A stretch of 64,000 nt of DNA from Hyalangium versicolor (GTDB lineage Bacteria; Myxococcota; Myxococcia; Myxococcales; Myxococcaceae), in the NCBI RefSeq assembly GCF_020103695.1, contig NZ_JAHXBF010000014.1:172297-236296 (forward strand), in the 5' to 3' direction. The notes under the pieces are model-generated. The model saw nothing but the letters and a program-made list of their open reading frames with translations, searched no databases and was not told the DNA's origin. A program made the position numbers and the translations under genes. Positions 62,619-64,000 of the stretch are shown here, piece by piece. Position 1 is the stretch's first letter, and each line of letters opens with the position of its first letter.

Positions 62619-63470
62619 ATGAAGCTCTACGCCATCAGCGATCTCCACGTCGGCGCTCCCGAGAACAGGCAGGCCCTCGAGGAACTCTCCCCCCACCCGG
62701 AGGACTGGCTCATCGTCGCGGGAGACGTGGGAGAGACACCCGAGCACCTCGAGTTCACCCTGCGGACGCTCACCCCCCGCTTCCGCCAGCTCCTCTGGGT
62801 CCCGGGCAACCATGAGCTGTGGTCGCACCCCAAGGATCCCTCGGCCCTGCGCGGCGAGGCCCGGTACCAGAAGTTCGTCTCCGTCTGCGACAAGTACGGT
62901 GTCCTCACGCCGGAGCACCCCTACCCTCGGTGGCCGGGCGAGGGTCCACCGCGCATCATCGCCCCTCTCTTCCTGCTCTATGATTACTCGTTCCACCCGG
63001 ACGAGATCCGGGATGAGGACGCGCTGCAGTGGGCCATGGATTCGGGCGTGCTGTGCACGGACGAAGCGCTCCTCTTCCCTGATCCCTACCCCTCGCGCGC
63101 CGCATGGTGCGCCGCGCGCTGCGAGCAGACCCGCGCGCGCCTGGAGGCCCTGCCCGCGGACTGCTCGACGATCCTCGTGAACCACTTCCCGCTGCGGCGC
63201 CACCACGCCCGACTGCCGCGCATCCCCCGTTTCTCCATCTGGTGCGGCACGCGGAGGACCGACGACTGGCACCAGCGCTTCCGAGCCGAGGTCGTCGTCA
63301 CCGGCCACCTGCACATCCCCCTCACCTTCTGGGAGGACGGGGTGCGCTTCGAGGAGGTATCGCTCGGCTACCCGCGTCAGTGGCAGGGGCGCCGCGCCAT
63401 CGATCAGTGCCTCCGGCAGATCCTGCCAGCCACCACCACACCCACTCCGACCCCCATCTACCGAGGATGA
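62619..63470 (+). CDS. metallophosphoesterase
   Basis: MKLYAISDLHVG ... IVAGDVGE ... GNHE ... TGHLH motifs. Start placed by codon arithmetic at the first ATG with these motifs. Confidence 0.8.
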   Translation: MKLYAISDLHVGAPENRQALEELSPHPEDWLIVAGDVGETPEHLEFTLRTLTPRFRQLLWVPGNHELWSHPKDPSALRGEARYQKFVSVCDKYGVLTPEHPYPRWPGEGPPRIIAPLFLLYDYSFHPDEIRDEDALQWAMDSGVLCTDEALLFPDPYPSRAAWCAARCEQTRARLEALPADCSTILVNHFPLRRHHARLPRIPRFSIWCGTRRTDDWHQRFRAEVVVTGHLHIPLTFWEDGVRFEEVSLGYPRQWQGRRAIDQCLRQILPATTTPTPTPIYRG

Positions 63471-63535
63471 GCGGCGGCTGGGATTCGAGCGCCCACCATT
63501 GTCGGTGAGGGCTCGATGGGGTTTCCTTGGGGGGC

Positions 63536-64000
63536 ATGCGCTCCCGGATCCTCGTCCTCACGTTGCTCCTTGCCACCGCCTGCAGCACGTCCCAGGAGAT
63601 GACCGTCACCCAGGATGGTCTGGACCTCCGGGAGGAAGCCCGAGATGACGCGGCCGTGGTGGAGAAGCTGGCCCTGGGCACGCGGGTCAAGGTCCACGAC
63701 GCCCCCTTCTGGGTGAACTCGGACTGGCACCGCATCGACACCAAGGGCGGCAAGCGGTGGACGAAACTCGAGGGGCTGGCCCCCTACCCGCTCCGAGGCG
63801 AGACGCGGTTCGTCCGGCTGGTGGAGGTGCCCGTGCACGCGACCCGAGACCCCAACGGGCGTGTCACCGAATCGCTCAAGCTGGGCGATGAGATCCAGCT
63901 CCTCGCCGAGGAGCCCGCTGGAGATGCGGAGTACCACGGGGTGATCCGGGGAGGATCGCTGCGCGGCTACGTGGACGAGTTCGGCCTCGCGAAGGAGAAG
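63536..64000 (+). CDS. lipoprotein with SH3b-like domains (3' end outside window)
   Basis: MRSRILVLTLLLATACS lipobox. Two repeats resembling bacterial SH3 (GTRVKVHD...WHRI; GDEIQLLAEE...YHGVIRGGSLRGYV). Not in the ORF track because no stop is reached. Confidence 0.55.
   Translation, partial: MRSRILVLTLLLATACSTSQEMTVTQDGLDLREEARDDAAVVEKLALGTRVKVHDAPFWVNSDWHRIDTKGGKRWTKLEGLAPYPLRGETRFVRLVEVPVHATRDPNGRVTESLKLGDEIQLLAEEPAGDAEYHGVIRGGSLRGYVDEFGLAKEK

Overview
High-GC (~70%) chromosomal segment with myxobacterial character (Myxococcaceae-like codon usage, many lipoproteins, Ser/Thr kinase, FHA and TPR proteins). It holds about 55 tightly packed protein genes and one tRNA. I saw no transposase, integrase, CRISPR array or rRNA. 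Most of the window is core housekeeping: an HscC-like Hsp70, a UvrD-family helicase, hutH, thrC, tmk, recG, greA, pcm and tRNA-Val. Regulatory and accessory-looking genes are interspersed among them: two histidine kinases (one paired with a receiver-only regulator), a membrane-anchored Ser/Thr kinase, tandem FHA proteins and several peptidases (M16 pair, M14, M28/PDZ, trypsin-like, NlpC/P60). The most unusual items are: (1) a trypsin-like serine protease with an N-terminal EAD1-type 'effector-associated domain', immediately downstream of an orphan histidine kinase; (2) a zinc-ribbon/TM/TPR protein carrying about 12 tandem proline-rich 'TTQVFGAP' FG-type repeats; (3) a three-gene operon of a secreted beta-propeller/di-CxxCH haem protein, a Cache-type histidine kinase and a response regulator; (4) a ferritin-like lipoprotein gene split by a +1 frameshift at a G6 homopolymer; (5) a dense cluster of GTCACC/GGTGAC palindromes in an intergenic region; (6) two adjacent paralogous FHA-domain proteins. 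Coordinates of CDSs are taken from the supplied ORF track, with internal start codons placed by codon arithmetic. My base-by-base reading of the printed sequence can be off by 1-2 nt, and at one place it disagreed with the ORF track (noted under rejected items). No similarity search was possible, so all family calls rest on motif recognition.
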